Below are positions 1 to 12,347 of a DNA stretch of 64,000 bases, piece after piece (within the stretch, counting starts at the first letter, position 1; every line of letters begins with the position of its first letter). This DNA comes from Mytilus californianus. Lineage: Eukaryota. Location: positions 52,018,001-52,082,000 of the forward strand of contig NW_026262712.1 of NCBI RefSeq assembly GCF_021869535.1, in the 5' to 3' direction. Position numbers and translations under genes: made by a program. Below the pieces are notes generated by a model. The model was not told the origin of the DNA. It saw nothing but the letters and a program-made list of their open reading frames with translations, and searched no databases.

Positions 1-568
1 ACAAATAAATTTTTGCTTTATTTGTACTTGTACAAATAAAGTCTCCTGTTACCCCTCTTCCATGTTGAGCAAGCAGTAATGTGGATATTTCTTTTTGCGT
101 ACCAGTTCATTTTGGGGTCCCTTTCGCGGTCCGCGTTTAAACTATGTCGATTTCTTTGAAAAATTAGAGACAATGGTTTAAATTTTAACAACTAAAGTTT
201 CAAGTGTTGGGTGTAAATTTCAGGATAAAAACAATATATGTACATTGTCGGAAAATATAAAATGTATTTGTACTCGCTGCGAAACAGGAGAAAAGCTCGG
301 CCAGCCTCGCTTTTCGTCCTGTTTCTAAAGCTCATACAAATAAATCTTATATTTTCCGACAATGTACATATATTGTATATATATTTTACCTTAAGTAGAT
401 CATAACATTTCATATGATCTACACAGAAAAGTACTGATTCTTTATTATGGTACAATAACAAAGGTTATTTTTTCACAATCATATAAGTTTGGCTCACTAT
501 TTTACGCCTATCTAATAACGGAATGTGAATGCATGAGAAAAACTATCAACTATATTATAAATATTTAC

Positions 569-833
569 TTTTTGTTCCAACAGTCATCGGAGGAAGATAG
601 GATGGCCATACTGTTCCTGGGATACACCTTAATATTTCTAATTGGGTCGCATTGATTCTTTTTGATTTGTTTAAATTGATAATGGCACGCATACTACTGT
701 TAATAGTTTTGGCTAGGTGTGTTGGCGGAAAAACCCCATCAAAGAATCGCCTGGCAATGTCGGGTGATGCTTTAAAGTTGATGAGGAAAAATCTGGCGAA
801 GTTTCTTTCTTCTTCTGTAAGTTGTGAAGTCAT
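569..833 (-). CDS. First coding exon of a DZIP3-like HEPN-domain protein (bivalve-expanded family); gene continues beyond the left edge
   Basis: MTSQLTEEERNFARFFLINFKASPDIARRFFDGVFPPTHLAKTINSSMRAIINLNKSKRINATQLEIL resembles the N-terminus of mollusc DZIP3-like HEPN proteins (S-L-x-EEE-N-x-x-R...P-x-x-x-R-x-x-FD-x-x-F-P-P...IN-x-x-Q pattern, recalled from memory). Acceptor tttctaacAG at 922-923, phase-1 donor GTaaat at 567-568. Confidence 0.6.
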
Positions 834-1703
834 TATAAATCTTTAGAGCCTCTGAAGAACAACTTTGACCCAAAATATTCAGTCATGAACGCTGTTTTTC
901 ATCTTTACCACCATCAATCACCTGTTAGAAATATAAACATTTTTAAATTTGTATAACATTTTTTAAGTATTATTAAATGCCTGGATGGTTGTTTTTTATG
1001 CCAAGATGTTGTCTTCTTTTCTTCAGATTATATTTTTTGTCATTGGTATCACGGTTTAATTTTTCATACAACGAAAGAAGTGGAAATTTGTCGATAGGAA
1101 CGTCGACAACGCTTCTAGTCTCTTCGAATTAAGCTATGCTATTACTTTATATAGAAAAAAATGCTCTTTTAATTTATTCAAAAAAGACAGCGTTTCATTG
1201 ACACATAAATACTATTATATCCCATTTAAACAGTGCAGAAAATGCTGTGACATCATAAAATTGCAACAGAAAAAAAATTGAGTGTGTTTGTGTCTAAGCT
1301 GTCATCATATTCGTTATACTAAAAGTCTACAAAGATAAAAGTGGTGGAAACTGATGATTTGGGGTTTACAATCATCGTTTTTGATAAGATTTTTTTTTTA
1401 TGAAAACTGGGAAATTTCATATTTATGTTATATAAATGGAGCAACATCTTGTATTACAATGTAACTCTATTTGAAACATCACAAACATGATTGTAGAAGG
1501 ACCCCGACAAAATTTCATGATCAGAAATAAGTATTTTGAGGCAAAATCTATGATATGTATCGTAAAATCTCAGAAAACAGTAAACCAGAAAAATTCATTT
1601 GAAACATCCCAAACTCGATTATATAAGGAAACTGAAAAATTGCATGACCAGAAATTAGCATTTAGAGCTAAAAGCTATTAGATTCGTATCACAATTCTCC
1701 CAA

Positions 1704-1717
1704 AATCGAAACCGAAA
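1704..1717 (+). promoter_or_regulatory. ISRE/IRF-element-like motif AATCGAAACCGAAA
   Basis: Exact GAAACCGAAA core ~0.8 kb upstream of the HEPN-like exon; sequence match only. Confidence 0.25.
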
Positions 1718-3547
1718 AATTATGTCAAATGTAAGTTAACAACTTTGTTGTCTGTATTATCCAAAGTATATATACTGAATAAGTTGAAATATTTAAAATC
1801 TCTTATGACAAAAATATTTCTGATATCCTAGTCAAAAAGTTCCTTTAAAAAATCATCTTAAACTGGAAAATCAAATAAAATGTATCTATTTATAAAAAAA
1901 AATAAAAATATTGCAGCAGATTTCAATCTAATTTCTTAACAGTAAACCGGCATCACTTTAAATATAATATAAAATGATTAAACCACCGTTAAAAGCTATT
2001 ATTATATATTAAGGATTTAAAATTACTAGTTTGGGTGTCAAAAAAGTATAACCCATTCTTCAGTGCACAATCTGTGAAACATGAACACTTTCATAAAGTT
2101 TTGTATCTTTTCCCTGAACATGGATACAAAGACACAAACTAATTTCATTTTCATTAAACATCTGTTGCATCAGACGTCAGTATAGAACATAATTCTCCTC
2201 CAACATAAGACTGTGAAATATCAAATTTTAGATATATGACCACCATCACCAAGTTATAACAGAAGACTCCAGCATTCTTCACTTGAAAACCTAGAGGCTT
2301 ATAGATTTTGAGTTGTATACCAGTAACCCATCTAATTTAACGTGGATTTCATTTATTAAATCGACAATAGATCACTGTTGTCTATCATTTATGTGGCGTG
2401 ATCTAGTAACATTTGAAAAGTCATTGCTAAAATCTATATAATAGCTTACTTAAACATGTAAAATATAGTTGGTCAGTTTATTCAAAATTGGTTTTCTCAA
2501 GTTCATATTTCGTCTAGGGTCAAATTTTTATTCCGTATCCAGAAAAAAATCTTGTTTGATTAAGTTAAATCTAAATAAATTACAGTCTTTTCATATCTTA
2601 ACTAAGATTGTGCAACATAAGATGTCATATTGGTCTTATATATTATCGATCGATCGCAGCTGAGATTGAGATTACACATGTGTTATTCATGTCACAAATA
2701 GGTCACCGGAGATTGGGTTATACCTAGATAGTAATAATATCATATTAAGCATACATTGACAACTTTTAGAACTATGTTTAGGTATTTTCATTCTATTTAG
2801 TGTGTGCTGACATATATATAATCATAGAGGTATGCGACATTATTTTTTAAATAGATAATGCAAATTTCCTGCTTGCAATGATTTTTTCACGATGAAATAA
2901 GGATGTTTTTGACTTGCATATCAATATTTTTATCAAGGACTATCAAAACAAAATTCAAATTTATCAAGTATATACTCTTGGAAATATTAACAAAATATTT
3001 ATATTATCTTGCATAACATCTGACAAATTTTCCGGTTTCCTTTTTTCTGAGATTTCATGTAAATAATACCTTTAGTTAGTTTTGCCTCAAAATGCAAATT
3101 TCTGTTAAGGAAATATTATCAGTTTCCTTATACAATATTTGTGATGTTTCAAATAAAGTTACATTGGGATAAAAGATGATGCTTCATTTATAATATGAAT
3201 ATTTAAAATAATTTTTCATTAAAAAAACATTGATTTGACCCCAAGTTCATCATTTTCCAATACTTTTATCTTGGTAGGCTTTTAGTATAATAAAAAAGAT
3301 GATAATCCGGACACAAAATCTGTTGCAATGTTATCGTTGTTTAAATATTTTTAGCGCAAATCATGTGACTGAACTACAAACCTAAAAATTTAAATACCAG
3401 GCTGAACACGTCAGGAGCTATATGACCAAAAGAGACCTTAAAAGAATAACCAAATCAATATAAGGTCAACTTTGCCTTGTTGAGTTGGAACCTTATTTTT
3501 TGATGATTTATCAGTATTAAACAATAACTTTTATGTAGGAAAAAAAG

Positions 3548-3845
3548 AAAGAATGAGTCCATAGTACACGGATGCACCACTCGCACTATCATTTTCTATG
3601 TTCAGTGGACCGTGAAATTGGGGTCAAAACTCTAATTTGGCATTAAAATTAGAAAGATTATATCATAGGGAATATGTGTACTAAGTTTCAAGTTAATTGG
3701 ACTTCAACTTCATCAAAAACTACCTTGACCAAAAATTTTAACCTGAAGCGGGACAGACGGACGGACGAACGAACGAACGAACGAACGGACGCACAGACCG
3801 AAAAAACATAATGCCCCTCTACTATCGTAGGTGGGGCATAAAAAA
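3548..3845 (+). mobile_element. Helentron-associated non-autonomous element (HINE/pearl-like), family A
   Basis: (GACG/GAAC)n microsatellite followed by a 3' hairpin (atgcccctctactatcgtaggtggggcat) and an A-tract; a second copy lies at 17035-17286. Confidence 0.65.
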
Positions 3846-6477
3846 AACAGGAAGCTTTTTGAATTTCCAGACGATCTTTCACGTTCAGTAAAGCATATCT
3901 GCATATTTGCAAAAAATAGCACATCATCAAGATTCTTTATTTTTCTATATTGATAATTTTGTTGTTGCTGTTACATGCATGTCAGGCAAAAAAAAAATCC
4001 CGGCCTGTTTCCTGCCTCCCTACCTACTGTAAATTTCCGTATCTAGCTTAACACATTTTATATGCATTTTCGGTTAAGCACCGTTAAAGTTTAAAATAAT
4101 ATTACTTACCTATCTTTCCTTTATTTTTTTCCGCCAGGAGACAGGAAACAATTATATATGTATTTTGTTGGGCCTCAATAAAATATAGTGCTGTATTTCA
4201 CTTCCCGCAGATAAGATATTTACTAAAGGTTAATATAAAAAAAAAACATATACGCACAACCTTAAGCAGCTGAATCCATGATGTCCACGATTGACCAGGA
4301 AAAAAAATGTACAAAGTCTGCTATATTCGTGCACATCAACATCATTAGTTATATTATGTATGAGGAAGTAAACCCTCTTTTCAAAAAGTTTTCATCAGAC
4401 ACTTTATAATTCAAATTTCAATACACGTCACCAACTGTCTGAGTTTGATAATGGATGGCTGTTTAACGTCCGGTGACAAATTAAATGCATATTTATAAGA
4501 GAAGAACTTCTTAATGCGATATGAATATGAACCCTGCTTTGGACTTTGAACATCAACATCCTTAAGCAATAAAACTTACAAATGATAACGGCTAAATAAT
4601 TATAAAGCCATTTTTTTTAGGAATCATAGATTTTGTTTTCGTTTGGAGAAATAATATCCCAGCAAGTATAATTGATCATAGTACCTGATAGACTGAGATA
4701 ACGACTCATTGTTCTACATAGCTTTATTGATACTCCGATTAGGACAAGCTGTCCCCTCCCTTTTATGCCCCAAACCATTTAAAAAAAATAAATAACCGGT
4801 AAACAGCTTGAAAAAGATATACAAATTTAATACTATTCATCCAGGATTAACAGAGTCATATTATGCAGCTTGCTGGCTCAAGATAAATATTCATTTTACA
4901 CTCAGTCAGTTAGAAAGTATTGAATTTCACTAGCATAGATACATGATGATTTATCAAATTCGTTTTATCACTCAAATAATAGATTTCAAGTTGTTTGAAC
5001 AACGAATCCAGTCAATCAACAAGATCTAACAAGACAGGCTTGTTAACTTAATATTTTTTGATAAATATTATAATTTTGACAATAAATTATCATCTGTCTT
5101 TATAACAAAAATGTGTACAAAGTTATTCAATATATATAAAAGTAAACATGGTAAAAGCAAGGATTTATATAGTAAGATATCATACTATATAAATTCTTGG
5201 TAAAAGTAAGATAAGATGAAGTTAAAGAAAAAGAAAAAAGACCTACGATATCGTCTTGGAGTTTTGTCCTGTGACTTTTTGTTCTAAGATCTTCTATGAC
5301 TTTCTGTCCTACATTCCTTCACAATCAACAGTTTATCAACAGATGAATGTGATGCATAATAAACGGGACTAATAAGGCTGAACGATACTTTGCTTGTATC
5401 GGTATATTTTCACGAATAAAAATAAGACAATTTTATTAAGGCACTGGCTACGATTAACCGGAGTAACAGTAATTATTTCTTATTGTTACTTTTTGCGGGT
5501 AAACATAGCCAGTGCCAGTGCCTTTTATTAACGCATACTTTTTACGGGAAATCTGTGTTGTTTCCCTTGAAATTGTCTCCCTTTGATTATTTCGTGTCGT
5601 GGAATAAAATTTCACCACTGCCTCCCGATACACAAGGCCTGAGTTTCCTGTTGTCATTTAATATAAAAATAGACAACGTTTTGCTTATCATATTTATAAG
5701 GTAAAGAGGTAAAAAAGGAATACTGAAACTAGAATCCAAATTCGGGCTTTTTATATAAAAAAGGGGGGATTGATTAAATATTCAAGTTGCACATGCTGTG
5801 AAAACATGTACACTGGTGGTACTTTAATAATAGTACAGAACTGTCGGCTTATGGGAATTACTTAAAATGGCACAGACAGCTGGGACTTATAAAACAGTAC
5901 ACCCTATTGCTATTTGTCTGTTATTTTATTAAATACTGGACAATCACAAATTTTCTATAAAATTTTGATGTCACAAACGAAATGTTTGAGGCCACAATAC
6001 AAAGTGATTCTACATATACATGGTACAATGATGCATCAGCACATTATTGAAACAGGAACATACTGTTCCCAGATTGAAATTACAATATACAATCTAAATA
6101 TTAAGTGTGTGCAAAACTAAAATAATAACACGTTTACATTATTTACAAACTGATCCATCAGGACATTATTGTCTACATCATATATTGGCACCTCACAAAC
6201 AGACACTCATAATAATTTCAAAAGTGCAATTATATTAAATCTACATATTAAGTTAATTAGTGCAAAAACAAAATTAACACACATTCACATATTTACAAAA
6301 TGATCTTTTTAATCATGTTAATAGTTCAAGTTCAAGTTTTCCAAAATCTCGGGTCAAGTGTCATAGCTTCACAAAAAGCTTTATTGTCTTTTATTCATGA
6401 ACTGGTTTGGTATTGCGCTTGTTTAGCTTGCTATATAAGTTCAATTGAGCCTAATGATTTAAATTATTTCCCATGAC

Positions 6478-6855
6478 ATTTTGATGCCCCTGCGACAAAT
6501 TTATGCAAAATGTCGGGGGGCATATTGATTTACCCCTGTCTGTCTGTCCGTTTGTCAGTTCGTCTTTCTTGATATAGATACATGATATGTCTGGCTATCT
6601 CCTCCTACAGTTTTTATGAGCTACAGCTTTAATATGTTGTAGGTTGTTTGTGGAATGGAAGTGTGCATGTTCACAGGATTTTGAATTTTTTTCAAATATT
6701 CTCAAAATGCCAGGTATTTGAACTCAGTCATTTTTTTTGTACTCAGAATAAAAATAAAAGATAGATCATCATACATTGTGTTAAATTTATAATTTCTTAT
6801 GGTCAGGCAGGGGTATCATTTGTGTCTTACAGACAGCACAACAATTTCAAGTTGT
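6478..6855 (-). mobile_element. HINE-like element
   Basis: Terminal hairpin atgcccc...ggggggcat, (tgtc/tccg)n tract and conserved opposite end caggggtatcatttgtgtc. Confidence 0.5.
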
Positions 6856-7156
6856 ACTTCAACATCACCGTTTGTCAAATCTGAAGGAATCGTGGAACTA
6901 TAATCATGTATATGGCAGAGCAGAGGGGGGCATCGTCCATATCAAGTTTAAATGAAATTTCATTTTCTGCTTTTAATTATAAGTTGGAAGTGCAGATTCT
7001 TAAACATTATCAATGTGTTAACAGTCCTTTAAAATATAAAAAAAAACATAGTTGAATATTTCTGTCAGTTAGGGGTAATACTTATACAAGTATTTTTTGT
7101 TTACTGGTATAAATAAATTATTTTGGAGGTAGAGTTATATCCTTAAGACATTCAGA

Positions 7157-8446
7157 TTTTTATACGACCGCAAAAAAATTTTGCGGTCGTATATTGGTAT
7201 GACGTTGGCGTCGTCGTCGTCCGAAGACACATTGGTTTTCACACTCTAACTTTAGTTTAAGTGAATGGATCTCTATGAAATTTTACCATAAAATTCAATA
7301 CCACAAAAGGAAGGTTGGGATTGATTTTGGGGGTTATGGTACCAACAGTTAAGGAATTAGGGGCCAAAAATAAGCATTTTTGTAACTTCCAGACATAACT
7401 TGTGTGTTAGTGTATGGATCTCTCTGACATTGTACCACAAGGTTCCATATCACAAAGGGAATGCTGGGATTGATTTTGGGAGTAATTGTCTCAAAATTTT
7501 AGGAATTAGGGGCAAAAAAAGGGGCAAAAAACAAGCATTTTTCTAGTTTCATGACAATAACTTGTATGTAAGTTTATGGATCTTTCTGAAATTGTACTAC
7601 AAGGTTCCATATCACAAAGGGAAAGCTGGAATTGAGTTTGGGGGTAATTGCCAAAAACGTTTAGGAATAAGGGGCCAAAAAGGGGCCAAAAATAAGCATT
7701 TGTCTAGTTTCCAGACAATAACTTGTGTTCAAGTGTATGGATCTCTCTGAAATTGTACTGCAAGGTACCATAACACAAAGGGAAGGCTGGGATTGATTTT
7801 GAGGGTAATTGCCGTAAAATTTTAGGAATTAGGGGCCAAAAAGGGAAAAAAAACAAGCATTTTTCTAGTTTCAGGACAACAACTTGTGTGTAAGTGTATG
7901 GATCTTTATGAAATTGTACTACAAGGTTCCATATCACATAGGGAAAGCTGGGTTTGAGTTTGGGGGTAATTGCCCTAAACGTTTAGAAATTTGGGCCAAA
8001 AAAGGGGCCAAAAAACACGCATTTTTATAGTTTCCAGACAATAACTTGTGTTCAAGTGTATGGATCTCTCTGAAATTTTACTGCAAGGTACCATACCACA
8101 AAGGGAAGGCTGGGATTGAGTTTGGGGGTGATGAATCGTAAGGGGGTTAAAAAAATTTGGGGGGAGGTTTCCTTTTTTTTTCTTTAAAATTTTCCATTTT
8201 AAATTGGTTATTTCTGATTTATATATAAAAATAAATAATAACGATATGGTTTGAATAGGTAAATTAAAATTTTTAAGTTCTTAGACCACATTCATTCTGT
8301 GTCGGAAACCTATGCTGTGTCAAATATTTAATCACAATCCAAATTCAGTGCTGTATCAAGCTTGAATGTTGTGTCCATACTTGCCCCAACTGTTCAGGGT
8401 TCGACCTCTGCTGTCGTATCAAGCTGCACCCAGCGGAGCATTTTAT
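7157..8446 (-). mobile_element. HINE-like element with ~5 internal ~161-bp tandem repeats
   Basis: Terminal palindrome tatacgaccgcaaaaaaattttgcggtcgtata and (gtc)n tract; the motif tatggatctctctgaaattgtac recurs at about 7413, 7576, 7737, 7898 and 8060. Confidence 0.7.
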
Positions 8447-8689
8447 TTTTACTTATATAAGTAAAAAAGACTTATTTTGTACTACTCTTTAATTTCTCTT
8501 GACTTCATTGCTCTAATAGAGTGCTTAATTGTCTGTCACTAAAAATTGTCTTTACTATCCACAAAAGTATAGTTTCATGGACAACGAAAATCTCTTTTGT
8601 CTGTTATCTTCAAAAAGGGAGATAATTTTTTAAAGCTCTTTTGAGCTTGTAATTAGGTAATTTATAACACTATGTAATTGTCCTGATGA

Positions 8690-8817
8690 TGCCACCACGG
8701 TTGCTAAACTAGTCGACACAACAAAAGATATCGCAATTTTGTGATAGTCTTAGCATTGTTGTCTTTGAATCTTCTTGTGTACTGACTATGCGCTAGACAG
8801 CCACCGCATATCAATAG
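8690..8817 (+). other. RLIG1: Putative non-coding first exon of RLIG1
   Basis: Locally CpG-richer stretch ending in AG|GTatcc (donor 8818-8819); next acceptor tactAG at 9521-9522. The start coordinate is approximate. Confidence 0.35.
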
Positions 8818-9232
8818 GTATCCACTTTAGCTTTCCTACCATAGACACATGATCATGATAGGTGTTGGTTCACTTTTTGCTATTTTAAAATAATAAGTTA
8901 GAAACTGAAATTTCATGAAAAACATTCAAAAGGGAGATAATTTTTCATAGCTCGATTGAGCTTATGTAGCCACATTCAGCTATATTAGCTCAAACTGCAG
9001 ACATATACAGAATCCGATGAAGGGGCTTGTTACTTCTAGTATTATTCAACAATAAACAATGTAAAATGTAGTATGTTGATCATGTTGATAAGGGGCAAGC
9101 AAACTTTCAAACCTACCAACCGTTTCTGAGCAGTTTATGATGGCAACTGTACTTATTTATTGATCAGCAGATGACCAGATATTTCAAAAGTTTTGTGGTC
9201 ACAGTAAGGTTTGATCAAGTACCAGTATTACT

Positions 9233-9357
9233 ATGGATTCATTTATTTTCATGGATTATGGAAACAAATATTTTCATGGATTATGGAAAAAATGTTTTCA
9301 TGGATTATGGAAAAAATGTATTTTCATGGATTATGGAAAAAATGTTTTTCATGGATA
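9233..9357 (+). repeat. ~21-23 bp tandem repeat (ttttcatggattatggaaaaaatg)n, ~5 copies
   Basis: Read directly; it explains three overlapping spurious ORFs at 9171-9472. Confidence 0.85.
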
Positions 9358-9550
9358 TTTGATTTCCTTGTTTTACAAAAGTCAGCATACAACTCTAAAG
9401 AAAATTTGTTCTTATTTAACATTTAAATTCTTTGTTCACCTGTACCCTCTAGAATTTGTTTCCCATGAATAATTATGAACCCACAGTAATTTTTTCATTG
9501 CACTTTGTTTTATTCATACTAGGCTGAATAGTTCAATGTAAAGAATAAAC

Positions 9551-9758
9551 ATGGAAGGCCTAGGATCTGTTCAACAGAAGATTTCATGTGTGTTCAAGAC
9601 AGCAGTTTTAGAAGAACAATCTAATAAAAGATCTTACCAGCCATATAAAGTCGTAGCTGTTGATGAAATAAGACCACAGGCCATAGAAGATAACATCAGG
9701 GTAGCTAGAGCAACAGAAAAGTTAGATGGGACTTGTGTTTATATTGCAGAATTTTGTG
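9551..9758 (+). CDS. RLIG1: RLIG1 coding exon 1 (contains the KxDG adenylation lysine)
   Basis: [15 protein letters not shown]...[16 protein letters not shown]; donor GT at 9759-9760. Confidence 0.95.
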
Positions 9759-12314
9759 GTAATTTTAAAATTTACTGTATGCTGTACATAAAGTTGAAGC
9801 TGTTGTACCAAAAAAAATTGGGTATTTATAGCACGAATTTAAAAAAAAAATTAAGTTAAAAGATTTAATTTTTGCTATTCAAATGAAATTTTTTCATAAA
9901 GTTATTAATGTGAACTAAGGAATTGTTGACTACTGCAAGTATCACATTGCAAGTGATGGTCACTTGATTTTTGAAACTTAATATAATTAAAGACTATAGA
10001 ATACCAATAAAAAGAGATATTTATCTGCTTTTAATGTTTTATGTTGGTAATAACATAGCAAATAGATCATGTAGATTATGTATGTTTACATGTTTCCAGG
10101 GAAACCCTGGTTGTGGGCAAGGTTAGACAGAAAGCCAAACAAAAAATCAGACAAAAATTTCAAGAAGTTCCATAATCAGAAACAGCAATGGATTAGAGAT
10201 GGCAAACAAGGGAAAGAACCCACATTTCAGTGGAATGTTTTGACAGATTTTAAGGCAAGATAAATACTGATGATGAAGTAAAATACACCTTCTTAAAGGA
10301 TTGGTTTGAGTCCTTTTGATTAGTTTGTCCGATTTAATTTTCTTGATTCAATATATATTTATATATATCTACATGAAGGGAAAAAAGAAAGGGAAACCTG
10401 TTGTTGTACTAGCTATTAAAATAGATATGAAAAGTAAATGTGTTCATAAAAAAAAATATAAGAAGATTTGGTATGATTGCCAATGTTATCCATTTAAAGA
10501 ATAAAGATGAAAATTACAGGTCATTGTAAAAGGGCCCCAAGATGTCAAAATGTTAAACAATTCAAATAAAAACAACGACCAACAACAACAATAACTGGAT
10601 TACAGGTTTCTGGCTTTGGAAGACTTGGGCACTCAAAGAATGTGTCGTGATTCAACATGATTGTGAACTCAACCCTCCCTTAACCAGGAAAAGTGGTTTA
10701 CTGGCACTCTTCAAATTTGATGTATTCAAAGTCAGTTCTAGGGTAAATTACAGCAGTGTAATTCGATAATTCTTGATTAGTTACAACAAAAATAACCTCA
10801 AGGTGTTATTAAATTATTCTATTAATAGAATTTAGACTGATCTTTACTGAGTTTTGCAATAAACTGTGATTCATAACAATTGTTTGTTACATGTCATATA
10901 TGTTCTCCTAATGTTGGGAGTGAACTAACAATAATTTTCTTTACAGGATAGGTATACTTTCAACAGGGTGTCTTTTATAGCGAGCTGCATATTTAAATGT
11001 AAGAGTGGAATCATATTGTAATGAGTTTCGTATTTAAGTTTCCACCAATGAGGGAAGCAAAGTTAAGTTACAGTGTATCTTCAATTTATCAAATATATTT
11101 TCAGGAAGTTCCTGAAAACTGGATTCCATCGTCTGGTGTCCCGCTCATAGATGGCTTGCCTCAACCAGATGAAAATGGGCATATTCCAGGTATTTTATCT
11201 TCTCTAAAATTATTGAATACTGGTACTTTTTGTGTTTTTATTATTGCACACTAAAATAAGGCATATCCTTGTGCTAAAATAATTTTGTGTCAATAAGTTT
11301 GTCAGTCAGTATTAAGGATATCGAGAACACAATTGACAAATTATTCATATTTTGAAATATTTTAATAATTTTTTATAAGAAATGATGGGTATATAAATAC
11401 TTCAGGTATTGTGATTTGTTTTCCTTGGTCAATACCTACAAGAACAAATTTATTTGAAAATAAAATTCAAGTTTTATCAACAGCAATTAGCATGCAGATA
11501 ACAGATAAAGGAAAACAACTTTGTTAGCAGTTAACATTAAGATACAGCATACATGGTATATGGTTGAAATTTTTCAGACATAAATACATTCGTCAAACCT
11601 TCATAGAATTATATGAAACTTAAGACAGAAGCCTTTTAATAATCAAAAGACACCAAAATTCGAAAAATTGTTTCTATATTTTAGTGTATTTTACTGAAAG
11701 ATTTGTAAAAGGATTTATTTTTTTTTGCAGTTTTATTTATTATATAAATTATTGTAATGTCTCTCTTTAATATTTGTCTACTGCATACTTTCTTCATGGA
11801 AATCAATCATTTTATGGTTGTAATGAAAGTGATAGAATATAAGAGGTCTCAGCAAAAGATTATCATTTTTGTGGATACTTGATTTCATGACTTTGCCGAA
11901 GTCTGCTTACAAGCCTATATGCATGTGTACTTCATGGAAGACATCAATTCGTGGATCACATAAACATTGTATGTTAAACTCATATCGGAGTCCAGTATCT
12001 AATCGATTGCCAATGTGACATCACGTTCTCAAATCAGTGTCCAATATTTGTATCCTCTAATTGACATCCAATGTGACGTCATGTATTACCAAAACAAACC
12101 CAGATGATCCGAGTCTCCTCCCATCAATGTCCAATATCATTTAATCATTTATTTTGATCTTTGTTTTTATTATCTGTTTTGTTTTGTCTTTATGTAAAGC
12201 TGCCTAAAGAAACCAATCATTTTCTTATATCTACATCAAAATACACGGACAGACATCAGAAAATGACAATAAGACAACCACCGACTTCAGTTACATGTAC
12301 ATGCATATTAAAAT

Positions 12315-12347
<33 letters not shown>

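Noticed and set aside
4110-4150. Non-coding first exon of the HEPN-like gene (minus-strand donor AG|GTAAGT at 4104-4109)
   Set aside because: Plausible, but supported only by a splice-site match.
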